The notes under the pieces: model-generated | Told to the model about the DNA's origin: nothing | Seen by the model: only the letters and a program-made list of their open reading frames with translations | The model's database searches: none | Part shown: piece after piece, positions 40,440 through 54,200 of the stretch | How positions within the stretch are numbered: position 1 is the first letter of the stretch | How the letters are laid out: every line of letters begins with the position of its first letter | Source: Azolla caroliniana | Taxonomy: Eukaryota > Plantae > Polypodiophyta | Assembly (NCBI GenBank): GCA_043228905.1 | Contig: JBHGNT010000009.1 | Span: 3,720,001 to 3,784,000, forward strand | Reading direction: 5' to 3' | Length of the DNA: 64,000 nt | Translations under genes and position numbers: made by a program

Positions 40440-41575
40440 ACTTTTCGAAGGTATTTTGGATCATTACATAAATTCTCACTTGGTGAATGGACATCAGAAT
40501 CCGAACATAGGACTTTATGTATTGACCTCAAATGTATGCATATGTTTGATTATGAGAAGGCCATTGAAGATAATAAACAACTGCACTTGAGCATGAACCT
40601 TAAGCGAGTGGCCATGCATTCCAAGATGGTTGAGGATATATCACAAATGTATGCATATGTTTGATTGTGAGAAGGCCATTGAAGATAATAAACAACCGCA
40701 CTTGAGCACGCACCTTAAGTGAATGCCCATGCATTCCAAGGAGGAGTGTCCAAAAACATTTTCTTCCAAAGTTTCTATAAGTTACGAAACAAATGCAATA
40801 CACCCTCCTCCTTGAGATGTGATCACTTCCCATTGAGATCATGGCCATGGAAAGGGTAGTTGAATAAATGCTTAAGGTTCAAAAAAGTTCCTCACATTGA
40901 ATTCCTAGAATTGCAAGCAAAAAGATCCAAAAGATGCGTAAAAGCAAAATTTTGTGTTCCGGTTGGATGCAAGACATGGGAAAATGGTTTGGTAGATGGG
41001 ATGCAACACACTTGCTTCATGATGCATCACTACATTCCTCTGTAAATGAGGCATTTTTGCAATGCCAATGTATGATGGCATGGGACAAATGTGGAGGCTC
41101 ACGCTTCACACATTATACTACACATGTTGCACCTAATTATAAAACCATATTCTTTGTAGAACAAGTAAACCGTACACATTGATACATATTAGAGCCCATC
41201 CCATTATTTGCCATTTCAAGCCATTGCTTCCATGCGACTTAGGTCACATGCATTGCGATTTAAGACGGAGCGTTTGGGCATAAGTGATGAGAGTGGTAAG
41301 CTATGCACACTTTGCCCTAAACAAGTTCGAGAGTTTGATATTGCACTTCTTCGACCATGCTTTCCACACATCTTCGACCAAGCCCAATCCTTGCACAAAT
41401 TTCTCCCACAACCACAATGTGCACTCTCAATCGCAACATTCTTTGATAAAGTTCTTGAATATCGAGAGTCGCTACTCACTTTCACATGTATAACGTGAAA
41501 TGTACTATTTTTTGTCTCATACATCATATTTGACCTCTGAAGACGATAATAGAACCTCTCTCTCTCTCTCCTCGT
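40440..41575 (+). mobile_element. Degenerate 3' portion of an RTE-like LINE with a (TC)n tail; includes a tandem duplication of about 97 bp at 40530-40720
   Basis: IASMRLRSHALRFKTER...LCTLC C-terminal motif; 3' end TCATATTTGACCTCTGAAGACGATAAT shared with 60360-60533. Confidence 0.6.
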
Positions 41576-41810
41576 CTTTTTATAGAAAAAAGAGTTGCAT
41601 AGAGAGGAGATTTTAACCTCGTTGTTTAGGGGTGTGTTTTGATTACAAAATGTCACTAGGTTTGATCAGGTGTCATTAAGCGATGCAAGCAGTGACACCC
41701 ACGTTAAGCATTGCTTCGCGCCATGTCTTAGAGAAGTGGGGTGTCACTAACACCCCATTTTGTTGTAGTTCTACTTCACCAAATTGTGGATTGCTTTCAA
41801 GGTGACTAAT

Positions 41811-43781
41811 TGTTAAGAGTCTATACTAATCAATAGACCAAAATAAAGTAAAATAAGGTAAATATATTGGATAGAAGAACCCGTTCTACCTGACCACCCT
41901 CGAGCTGTGATCAAGACATAGCCAACCTATCACCAATATCCCATATTGCCAGATATTAGGATGACTAATACCTTGGAAGAGATTAACACAATCGTCGTGA
42001 TGAAAGCCTAGCCCACACCACCAACGTCTAAGACAACAACCTTCTGATGTAATGTGCTTATGAGGGTAGCTAAGCCTCATATTTATACCTCTTCCTAGGC
42101 CCCTTGAATAATGTGCCTTTCTAAAAGACTCTCCATTCATTCGTTTTCCAAATTATGATAATGCATGCACCTATCATTCCTTCTATCCAATCACATTAGT
42201 TCCTTTTTAACATGATTAGTGAACATACCTTATGTAAATATTAGTTACCTACCCTCACTTATGAGAATCAAGATCTTGAATAGGTTTATCCATCCATTTG
42301 ATCTTGAATAGCCGAATCTCTTTAGAACGTAAAAGTTTAGTACGAGAATCAAGAATTCATTAAGGAACATGAGGTTTGTAAGAAAAATCCTCGAATGTTA
42401 CAAGATCTTGGTCTGCGATGGTGTTATCACTAGAGCCTAAAATGGTTTTAGACGACCGACGTGGAAAATAGGATGAATACCAACATTACGGGGTAAGGCA
42501 AGGTGATAAGTAGATGATCCAACTCGCTTAAGGATTTCAAATGGGCTAGGGCTAACTTAGTGCACTTGCCTGTAGACAATGACGTAGAGTCAGTAGGGAC
42601 ACACAAAAAACTTTTTGACCAATATTAAATGCACGATGATGTCTATCCTGATTAGCATAAAATCGGATACGATCTTGAGCTGTTTGAACATTTTCTTTGG
42701 CAATATGCAACATTTGGTTCATGTCTCGCAAAAAATTGTGCATATTGTCTAATGCATCACGATGAATTGTGACATTTACTAGGGCACGTGGATAAAAACC
42801 ATGCATCAACATAAAAGGACATATTTGTGCATATTGTCTAATGCATCACGATGAATCGTGACATTTACTAGGGCACGTGGATAAAAACCATGCATCAACA
42901 TAAAAGGACATATCTAGTGGATGTATGTTTTGAGCTATTATAGCCAAATGCTAAGATAGGAAGGTATTGCTCCCATTTAGAATCGGTTTTTGCTACATAA
43001 GCTCGAAGCATGTCCTCAATAATTTGATTAACTCCTTCGGTTTGTCCATAAGACTAAGGATGATCTATGGAACTCATGCTCAACGTAGTTTCTAGCTTCT
43101 TAAAGACATGAGTCCAAAAGTCACTAGTAAACTTGAAATCTCGATCACTAACAATATCCATTGGTAATCCATAAAAACGAAATAACTCATCAACAAATTG
43201 ATAAGCCAATTGTCAAGCGGTTGCCGTGATTTTGGTAGGAATAAATCTAGCCAATTTTGTTAGTTTGTCAACGACAACCCAAATGGCATCATGACCCCTT
43301 TGCGTACGAGGTAAACTAACAATAAAATCCATCGAGATACTTTCCCATTTGTTGTTGGGAATATCTAAGGACGCAAAATACCAACAACTTTAAGTCGTTC
43401 CGACTTATTGATTTGACATTGTAAGCATTGAGTCACGTATTTATGCACATTAGAGTGCATCTTAGACCAGGAAAAAGTACTTGAGATGAGAACGAGTGTG
43501 CGTTGTATTCCAGGATGACCAACAGATGGCGTATCATGAAATTCATGAAGAATTTACGTCTTAGACACTAGTGGTGTAGGCTAAGCTTTCTTCATGACAA
43601 TCATGTTAATCTCTTCCAAGGTATTAGTCATCCTAATATCCAACGATATGGGACGTCGGTGGTATGTTGGCTTTGTCTTGATAATAGCTCGGGGGTGGTC
43701 GGTTGGAACATGTTCTTCTATCCAATATATTTATCTTATTTTACTTTATTTTGGTCTATTGATTAATATAGACTCTTAACA
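41811..43781. mobile_element. Rearranged Gypsy derivative bounded by two inverted LTR 3' (U5) ends
   Basis: Minus-strand LTR (41811 to about 42258) and integrase/chromodomain remnant (to about 43554), then a plus-strand LTR 3' half (about 43554-43781); CTAAT direct repeat on both flanks. Confidence 0.85.
42736..42913. repeat. 89-bp tandem duplication within the integrase remnant
   Basis: TTGTGCATATTGTCTAATGC...AAAGGACATAT occurs twice. Confidence 0.9.
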
Positions 43782-43948
43782 CTAATATTGCCTAATCAAG
43801 GACAACCTAGTTGGTCCTCTCCATCTCACGGTTCTTGTACCTATTCAATGGCAATCAACTCATCTCTTACTTGTGTGAAATGATTTAGAATTTTGTGCGG
43901 TAGATTTTTGTCATTGAACATCAACTAGAATGTTGCTACATGTGTTAT

Positions 43949-46900
43949 TGTTAAGTACACATAACGTTGGTGAGGGTAGGTTAGTGATATTTACATTAGT
44001 GAAGGGTATGTTCACTAATGTTAAAAAGGGGGTAATGTGATTGGATAGAAGGAATGATAGGTGCATGCACGATCATGATTTGGGCAACCAATGAATGGGG
44101 ACCCTTTTAGAAAGGCACATCTATTCAAGGGGCCTAGGAAAAGGTATAAATATGAGGCTTAGCTACCCTCATAAGCAGATTATGTCGGAAGGCTACTATC
44201 TTAGACACCGGTGGTGTGGGCTAGGCTTTCGTCTCAATGATTGTGTTTATCTCTTCCAAGGTATTAGCCATCCTAATATCCGGCGGTATGGGACGTCAGT
44301 GGTAGGTTGGCTATGTTTAGATTATACCTCGTGGGTGGTCGAGTGGAACGGGTTCTTCTATCCAATCTATTTTCCTTCTTTTACTTTACTTTGGTCTATT
44401 GATTAGTAATAGACTCTTAACAGTGGTATCAGAGCATTTACTAACAATTTTTTTTTGTTGTTTTGATGTTTTTTGCGTGTGAGTGATGGGAATCTAACAA
44501 GGCTCTTCATGCTCTTCACAGGATCAAAACAACATTCTTAACCCGATATTCTTCTTTCTCGATCTCTCTCTCTCCTTTTCTATCATGTGTTCTTCTTGGT
44601 CGAATCAAATTTATGTTACATTTTATTTTCTTTCTTTCTACTTTCTACCATGCTACGATTTTAATTATTATTGTGCATCGGGCCGTGCATGTTTGCATTA
44701 ATTGCACACACTCAACTCATGGCCCTTTTCAATATTGCGATGTATCTCCCACTCTCCCCTCTCTTGAGCCATCTCTTACAATAACAATTATTCTTGTGCA
44801 TTGGGTCGAGCGTGCTTGCCTAATCGCACATGCTCACGTCATGGCCCTTTTGCATATGATGTTGCGTATGCCACTCTTCCCTTTATTGAGCCATCGCTTG
44901 GCTGATTCTATGGGATGTTGTGGCCTTGACGAGGTGTATGTCGCCTACGTATGCCACTGTACTCTCTATTGAGCCATCACTTGACCGATTCTATGGGATG
45001 TGGTGGTCTTGAGGAGGTGCATGTCAACTACCCTAGGGTTTCTTACCTTATGTCATGCTTAATGTTCATACACCTAATTGATTATTATTCTACCTATTTT
45101 TTAATTACACAAGTTATCTTCTCCCTTTCATAAGATTTTCTTATGATTTTCATCTACCCACCCACACTTCACTATTTTTTTTAACCTTAATTTTTATGTT
45201 CATCTACACTATTTACGTGTGTAATGATTTTGTGTAGTCTATTTTTTTTGTATTAACTGGGCCTCATGCCACTTTTTAAATATTTTTTCCAAAGTGTCCT
45301 CTAGGTTTAACTCATGTAATTGAGCCTTAGAACTCAATTAAAAACACATGAGTTCCCCTATTGATGTTTTACTCATAAATTTGAGTACTACATCTTTGCA
45401 CACAACACCACCACCAATTGTATCAATCTGTGGCTTATGTCACAATTGTGCAAATTACAACCACCATATTGGGATGTATATGTGCATACCTCGCACCATC
45501 CATTTATTTGTGACATTTTTTTTTGTAGGTAGCACATGGGTTTTTTTGAACCTTGTTTTCGTCACTTCTTGACTCTTATAGATAATGACTTCTTTTTCTC
45601 TTTTTTTCATAACATTTGCCTGCTACTCGCAAGATTAGAATATTACTTGTGAGTGCATTTGTTTTTTCACGTAATACACTTTCTCGACCATATCAATATA
45701 TGTTGGGTTGACATTCTAATATAAGGCTAACTAGGAAACTAAATTGATGTTAGAACCATGGTTGAGCCTCGAGGAGTTGCCATGATGATTCAAGATAGAG
45801 ATCCGAGAAAGACATCTTAGCTATGTTTTCCCCCATGGTTTTTAAAACACCATAGTGTTACCATAGTTATCGGATCTGGAATCACATCTCATATAGAATC
45901 ACATCTCATATGTCTAGAGGGGTAAAGATGTAATATGCTTTCTCGGTAAAGTTCTTACAATCAAAATTTCAAGCATTCATTTTGCTTGTGTATTTTCTAA
46001 ACCTCCTTATTTATATTGCATACCCATAGCTTGCATCATGGAACAAGGCTGTTGGAGTGATCTATCCGACTGAGACCTCTCAACTCCAATCCGCATCTCA
46101 CACACAAGCTGAGATCACTATTGAGCAATTTCTCATTACTACCTTGAATCAATTGGCCGAAATGAGGCAAGCCAATATGGCATTGGAAAAGAAATTCCAA
46201 GAAAGAAGGTGAACCTTCTTTTGTAGTAATTCCATTCAAGGGAGATAAGAAAGAAAGAAAGAATTGAGGAGGCTATTAGCACTTGGCTTGGTCGTTGGGA
46301 GTCTCACTTTGAGCTCCACCCCAAGCCCGATACTGTAAAAATTGGTTATGTCGGTCGTGAGTTAGGTGGCCAAGCTGTTGCTTGGTGGCGTGGCCTAAGG
46401 ACCGCAAAGAACTTACCCACAACTTGGGAAGGTTTCGTTGATGTTTTTAAGAAACCGTTTTTGTAGCCACCTTCTCAAACTGAACAAGCGCAACACTTGC
46501 TCATGTTGTCGAGTAAGCCATTTACCTCTCTCGAGGATTATGTGCATCATGCTCGGACCCAGATCCAAAAATCGGTACTTACGGGTGAGAAATGGTTTGT
46601 TGCTTGCTTTTTGAATGGTATTCCCAATGGGGATTACCATTGGATTGTCCATGACAAGGACTCCCAACTTTCGAGGAAGCCGTCAACATTGTACTTCAGT
46701 ACCATAAGACTTCCAAGAAAGACCACAATAAACTTGAGTTTGCCAAAACTCTGAATGTCAAGTTCATTGGGAAACATAAGCAATCCACTGATACTCTTGA
46801 CCGCGACTCCAAGAAACTGAACCTCTTTTGTGCATATTGCAAGAAGCGGGGCCACACAAAGGATACCTGTCATCGTCTTGAGCGGAAGTCAATGAACACT

Positions 46901-49900
46901 CCTCCTCAAGACAAATCTACGAGTCACACAGGTGAGTCTTTTGATGTTGTTGAAGTTCATACCAACCACTTAAGTTCATGTGAATGCACTTTTCCTTCAC
47001 ATTTACTTGGACCTAATGATTTACTCCGAGCAGTTGGGTATATCAATGGAACAAAAGCACATTTCTTGTTTGATTCCGGTAGTTCTCATAATTTTCTTAA
47101 TGATCACTTTGTGCAGCAAATGGAACTCCACATAAATGCAAGTGATCATATCTATCAAGTTCACATGGCAAATGGAAGCGTTCAATACATCAGTGGCATT
47201 GTTTGTCAATTGTCAATTCAAATAGATACCTATTTGGAGAAGCTAGACTTTCATGTTATGAAACTACAACCCACAGATGTCATTTTAGGATACCCTTGGT
47301 TTTTTAATAAAAACCCTTCTTTGTCCATTGATTGGGTTAATCACTCGATCACATTTGAACTTAATAATTGTAAACATTTTATTCAATGTTCCAAACTTCC
47401 TTCTCGTTCACTTGTGTCTTCTAAATCATTAAGTGAGTATTCTAGTTCATTAATTTATTCGTGTGTAATTGATCCTCCGCTTCAATTTTATTATTTTAAT
47501 ATTGACGCCACACAATTACTACATTATGAATAACGATTACTCAACTCTATTTTAGATGATTTTCAAGACGTGTTTCCTAATGAATTGCCGCTTACTTTAC
47601 CACCAAAACATAATGTGGACCATCAAATTTAACTCATCCTCGGTGCTTCTCCTGTGAGCATTCCACCTACCGACTTAGTTGATTAGAAGAGGATGAGATC
47701 GCTAAACAACTTAAGGAATACTTGAGTATGGACCACATTAGGTATAGTAAATCACCTTGGGGTGTGCCCATTCTATTAGTTAAGAAGAAGGAAGGTTCAT
47801 GGTGAATGTGTATCAATTATCGCCGTTTGAATAAAATGACAATTAAAAATGCATATCTGTTACCTTGTGCCGATGATTTGATTGATCGTTTGCATGGGGC
47901 TTGATATTTTACGAAAATTGACTTACGAACAGGTTATCATCAAATTTGCATTGCCGAGGATGATATTCCTAAAACCGCTTTTCGTACGCGCTATGGCCAT
48001 GATGAGTTTTTAGTCATGCCTTTCGGGTTGACTAATGCTCTAGCCACATTCTAACAAGCGATGAATGACATTTTCCGAGATCAACTGGGTGATTTTGTTG
48101 TCATCTTCTTGGATGATATTTTCATATATTGCGGTACCTTGCAAGATCATGTTCAACATGTTCGATTTATTTTGCAAAAGTTGCGTGACAACTCTTTCTA
48201 TGCAAAACATTCAAAATGTGATTTTTTCCAAAAATCTATTGTGTACCTAGGTCATTTAATTACGGAAAATGGCATTGAAATTGAACCTTCTCATATTCAA
48301 AAGGTTAAACTTTGGCCCATTCCTAGTAATATTCATGAATTGCAATCATTCTTAAGGTTTGTTGGATTTTTACGAAAATCAATTCGTAACTATTCCAAAT
48401 TGACTACGCCATTAACTGACCTTTTAAAAGGTCATCCACGTAAGTCTGTCAAACCGATTGCATGGAATGAAAACTTGACAAATCATTTGAGACACTCCAA
48501 GAGCATGTGTGTCAGGCTTCCACTCTTCTATTACCGGACCCTTCTAAGCCTTTCTCAATCGAAACTGATGCTAGTGATTATGATATTGGTGCCATTCTTT
48601 ATCAAGGTGGTCACCTTATTGCTTTTGAAAGTAAGAAGCTTGATGCTGCTCAATCTCGGTAACAACAGACCATCAATCATTGAGTATTTTTGTGACCAAT
48701 CAGATCTTGTTGGTCATAAAGGCCGTTGGGTTGACCTTATGCAAGATTTTGATTTTTCCATACGGTATCGCAAGGGTTCTATGAACACCGTTGCAGATGC
48801 TCTGCGTCACATTATAGAAGTTAACATGCTTAGCTTCACGGAAATAAAATCTGATCTTTTAGATCACCTTCGAGGGAAATACCGTGATGATAGTTATTTG
48901 TCAAAATACTGGACGAAAGCCGAATCTGGTTTAGATGCCATTACTAGCACCCTACCCTCGAAGGTGACATTTCACATTACAAACAGTTTTCTCTACCGTA
49001 GTGGAAAGGTCTGTGTTCCAGATTTACCAAACGTAAAACAGAAAATTCTTCATGAATGTCATGATGCACCATCTGCGGGTCATCCTGGAATACAACACAC
49101 ACTCATTCTCATCTTGAGTACTTTTTCCTGGTCTAAGATGCACTATGATGTGCATAAATATGTGACTCAATGCTTACACTGTCAAATTAATAAGTCGGAA
49201 CGACTTAAAGTTGCTGGTATTTTGCGACTTTAGATATTCCCAACAACAAATGGGAAAGTATCTCGATGGATTTTATTGTTAGTTTACCTCGTACACAGAG
49301 GGGTCATGATGCCATTTGGGTTGTCGTTGACAGACTAACAAAATTGACTAGATTTATTCCTACCAAAACCACGGTAACCGCGCAACAATTAGCGTATCAA
49401 TTTGTTGATGAGTTATTTTGTTTTTATGGATTATTGATGGATATTGTTAGTGATCGAGATTCCAAGTTTACTAATGACTTTTGGACTCAAGTCTTTAAGA
49501 AACTAAAAACTACGTTGAGCATGAGTTCCGCATATCATCCTCAGGTTGATGGACAAACTGAAGGAGTTAATCAAATTATTGAGGACATGCTTCGAGCTTA
49601 TGTAGCAAAAACCGCTTCTAAGTGGGAGCAATACCTTCCTATCTTAGAATTTGGTTATAATAGCTCAAAACATACATCCACTAGATATAGTGCTTTTATG
49701 TTGATGTATGGTTTTCAGCCACGTGCCCCAGTCGATGTCACGATTCATCGTGATACATTAGACAGTTAACACACTTTTTTGCAAGACATGAACCAAATGT
49801 TGCATATTGCCAAAGAAAATGTCAAGACAACTGAAGATCTTGCTCGATTTTATGCTGATCAGGAGAGACGTCCTCGTGCATTTACTATTGGTCAAAAAGT

Positions 49901-50799
49901 TTTTTTGTGTGTCCCTACCGACTCTATGTCATTGTTTACGAGCAAGTGCGCTAAGTTAGCCCCACGATATTGTGGCCCATTTGAAATCCTTAAGTGAGTT
50001 AGGTCATCTGCTTATGACCTTGCCTTACCCCGTAACGTTGGTATTTATCCTGTTTTTCACGTTAGTCGTCTAAAACCATTTTTAGGCTCTTGTGATAACA
50101 CCATCACAATCCAAGATCTTGTAACATTAGAGGATTTTTCTTACAAACCTCATGTTCTTGAACGAATTCTTCATTCTCATACTAAACATTTACGTTCTAA
50201 AGAGATTCGGCTATTCAAGATCAAATGGATGGATAAACCTATTGATGATGCCACATGGGAATGCGAGCATACTCTTAAGGCACAATTTTCTCACTTCACA
50301 TTGCAAGAGTGCAATCTTTTAAAGTAGGGGAGTATGTTATGTACACATAATGTTGGTGAGGGTAGGTCACTAATATTTACATTAGTGATGGGTATGTTCA
50401 CTAATGTTAAAAAGGGGCTAATGTGATTGGATAGAAGGAATGATAGGTGCATGCACTATCATGATTTGGGCAACCAATGAATGGAGACCCTTTTAGAAAT
50501 GCACATCTATTCAAGGGGCCTAGGAAAAGGTAATAAATATGAGGTTTAGCTACCCTCATAAGCACATTACGTCGGAAGGCCGCTGTCTTAGACACCGGTG
50601 GTGCGGGCTAGGCTTTCGTCTCAACGATCATGTTTATCTCTTCTGAGGTATTAGTCATCCTAATATCCGGTGGTATGGGACGTTGGTGGTAGGTTGGCTA
50701 TGTCTAGATCATAGCTCGGGGGTGGTTGGGTGGAACGGGTTCTTCTATCCAATCTATTTTCCTTCTTTTACTTTACTTTGGTCTATTGATTAGTAATAA
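43949..50799 (+). mobile_element. Ty3/Gypsy chromovirus-type LTR retrotransposon 2, full-length but decayed
   Basis: LTRs at 43949-44422 and 50335-50799; PBS TGGTATCAGAGC at 44424; PPT AAAGTAGGGGAGTA; TSD GTTAT at 43944-43948 and 50800-50804. Confidence 0.92.
46037..50325 (+). pseudogene. Gag-pol of Gypsy element 2
   Basis: CAYCKKRGH zinc knuckle; [10 protein letters not shown]; FLDDIF; HDAPSAGHPG; MDFIVSLP; chromodomain IKWMDKPIDDATWE; many stops and frameshifts. Confidence 0.92.
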
Positions 50800-51214
50800 G
50801 TTATATTCATGATAGGCCCTTTGGCTCAATTTAGTTTTTGAAATGTTTTATGAGTTAATAGGTGTCTCGTATCTTGTGAGCTTTTGACCCAACTTGCTAA
50901 TTTGCGGAGATATATTGCCATTAGTTGGTTGCAATGGGATTGCATCATCTGTCAACTCCTCTTGATTGTAGAGAATCAATCTTCTATAGGTTGTAATTCC
51001 ATCCCAAGCTCGAGACTAAGCATGCAATTTCTTTCTCTACAATCGTAAGCATTGAGGTTTGTGGTTTATCACTTTAAGTTAGTATTGTGATAGTTATAAT
51101 TTTGCACATTGATTGTTTTAAGCATTGATACATTCACGCATCGTGGATCCATGCATTTTAATCCTAGTTGATTGGTCCACATAATGTGGATTTGTGCAAT
51201 CAAGTAGTCACATG

Positions 51215-54200
51215 TTTTGTTTTTTTAAACATATCCTTCCATTAGTTTAAAAAAACCATATTAGCTACAAAATACAAAATGATGGAAAGGAGACGATTAT
51301 CCTTCCCCAACCCGTCTTGTGTAAGACACTAGCTAGCCATGAATCCTTCTTTTGATAGACTTGATTGAACACTTCTTCAATAGTTGAAACATACCATGAA
51401 TTTGCCATATGTTCAAACCAAATCAATTTTCCTCATCATGTTTATATTCAACATCTCCCAATACCACCTTTGGGTCATCAGATGCATCCAATATGCCCCC
51501 CCATTTACAAATTATGACCAAGCATCCTCTATTTTCCATATTCAACGTAAAACTCAATCAAAGCATTATGGTATAGAGGTCATTTTGTATGTCTCGATCC
51601 ATGATCATTCCATCACGTATAAACATGACGTCATGTACAACCATGTGATCAACACCCACTTTAAGGGATCTCAACCCTTCGAACAGTTTATATGCATTTG
51701 ATAACCTTCCACATGTTGCCTGCAAATCAACAATGCTTCATGACACCATCCATCACATAAAAAGAAACGGACTTCTTCCGAATGCATACATAAGAGCATC
51801 CCCCTCCACCTATTTCAATGAATCCATCCATGTTTCAATAATAGTTAACATATCCCCATGTTTCATATTGGTGGAGAGGTGGCTGATACCTCCGACGTAT
51901 ACAAGAATTAACCATGTAAAATACATTCATCCTTTCCCATGTCTTCTTAAAAACCTCTTTCTTTTGAAGGACTACATCTGAATCACCCTTGATAGCGTCA
52001 TACTCTCCTTTTAGTGTATGCACCACGGTCAACCAAATCTCCTTGATTACCTCCACAACATTCCATTGAATTTGCTGAAATATCCTTCGACATCTACTAG
52101 TCCACAAAACCCACAACGTTATGGAACTAATAGTCTCCCAAACCACCCCATTTTGTATTGAATTACTATGCATACACGACAACACTTCCTCAACATATCG
52201 ACTTCTTGTATGTAATGCAAATGTAACCTTTTCTTGTTCATAATCTTGTACCTTAACCTTAATAGTAGCCCACATCACTGCTCCCCATTTATATACTCTA
52301 GAGCCATATACATCATGCAATAAATGTAATATCCTTTTCCAAACCAATTTGGCCACCATACATGACCATAATAGGTGATGAAGAGACTCCATCTCTCATC
52401 CACAAAAATCACACATTTTATCTGCATCCTTACAATGCATCCAAACCCTAACAGGAATTGCATAATGAACAATCAACCATCTAAATAAAATAATCTTCTT
52501 TGGAATTTGCATAGCCCATAGCTATTTCCAAAATGTTGTCATATAAGTAGAATCAACATTATAACTCAACCATGTTGTAGCTGTTGTCGGTCAATGAGGT
52601 ATCCTACGTTGTAACATCTCCCTTCCCAATCGAACTGAATATTGAAAAAACGGCTTCGGCCTAACATCCTCCCCAAAATATGAAGTAGGTAACCACTTCC
52701 ATTTCCCTGGATCACATTCCAATTCACATAATGGTTTTTTGCCCACTACCCATAGATTCCACCATGCATGGACAACATTAGGATCAGGGTCTAGGATCCA
52801 AATCTTATCTACCTTGGCTAGAATTCTAATGGGTTTTAATGTAGCCTCAACGAGACATTCATCTTCCAGGGGGATCAACACTAATCGTCCCTCTTGTAAA
52901 ACATCATAACTCAAGAAAGAATCCTTATCTCTAAGGCCACGAACTCCAAGAAAAATTTGAAAATTTGAAAATTTGAAAATAATCCCACCCACTTATGACA
53001 ATCAGAATGTATGTTATCCATCAAGGGTAGTTGCAATTTCCTTAACTCATCAACTATCATCTTTCCTCCTCTTATTCCTCTATATTCTTGTTGCATAATA
53101 TCTATAGGTTGTGAATAAAACGTCGCCACTTACGAAGAGATGAGGCAAAAGATGAATCCACTTGAGCCAAATTTAATCTCACTCTCCTCCCCAACATAGA
53201 TCCTTCATCACCTAGAAATAAAAGATTCCAAACCAAGGGTTGATGTAACCATTCATCCATCGAAGTGGGCAAGACTTGTTGCAAATTATCTTTCATTGAT
53301 CACCAGGCTCTCTTTATCGCAGCAAAGAACCTATCATTTTGAAATACTATATTATGCGAATGAAAGTTAGGAATAAACCACCATTGAAGAGACCTTGTCC
53401 ATTCACCTCCATATTTTGGGAAAACCTCTTTCATTCTTAACTGAAGAAGCATCTTCCACTGTTCATTTCCTGGTTGTAAACCTCACACTATAAATTTTGC
53501 CAATAGTGCCTTACATTGCATAAGAGGATCTACCAAACCTAAACCCCCTTGAGAGGTCGGCGTTATAATAGTTTTCCAAGCTACCTTCGGTCTAACATTC
53601 TTAAAATCAGTAGAAACCCATAAGAAATTTCTAATCAACCGTTGTAACTTTGACAACAAAGATCTGGAGAATATACCACATTGAGGAGAGTAATACTTGA
53701 TTAGAAATAACTAGCCTCCCCGCCAGTGATATACTCTTAGAGCTCCAAAAGATTCATTTTTTCCTCAAAGAAATCAGTAACGGTTGAATATGAGCTTTTG
53801 GGGGAAGATTAATTCCCACTTGACACCCTAAATATCTCATTGGAAAGCATTTTGGTATCCAACAAAATCCAACATCTGGACACCAAGTAGGAGTAAGACC
53901 TTTAAATCCCACTGACTTGTGCCAATTAATAATGGCACCTTAAGCATCACAGAAATTATGGATCACCTTTTGCACCTTACAAAGATTTCTGTCATCTCCT
54001 ACAACATACAATGTTGTGTCATCTGCAAATTCACAATCTAACACAACCTCCTCCAGACCTGGCCACTATATACCCTTAATAGATGACTTATTCTTATACA
54101 AGAATGCACTAAAGGCTTCTCCTACGAGTAGAAATAAATATGGAGCCAAAGGACATCCTTGTCTCACGAATCTAGTAATCGGAAAATTATTATCTAGTGC

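Larger units (their letters stand above)
35434..41770. mobile_element. Probable old CACTA element remnant with nested insertions
   Basis: CACTACAAAAGAA at 35434; imperfect inverse TTTTGTTGTAGTT at 41758-41770; TGTCAC/GTGACA subterminal motifs near both ends; flanks CCA/CTA. Confidence 0.4.
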
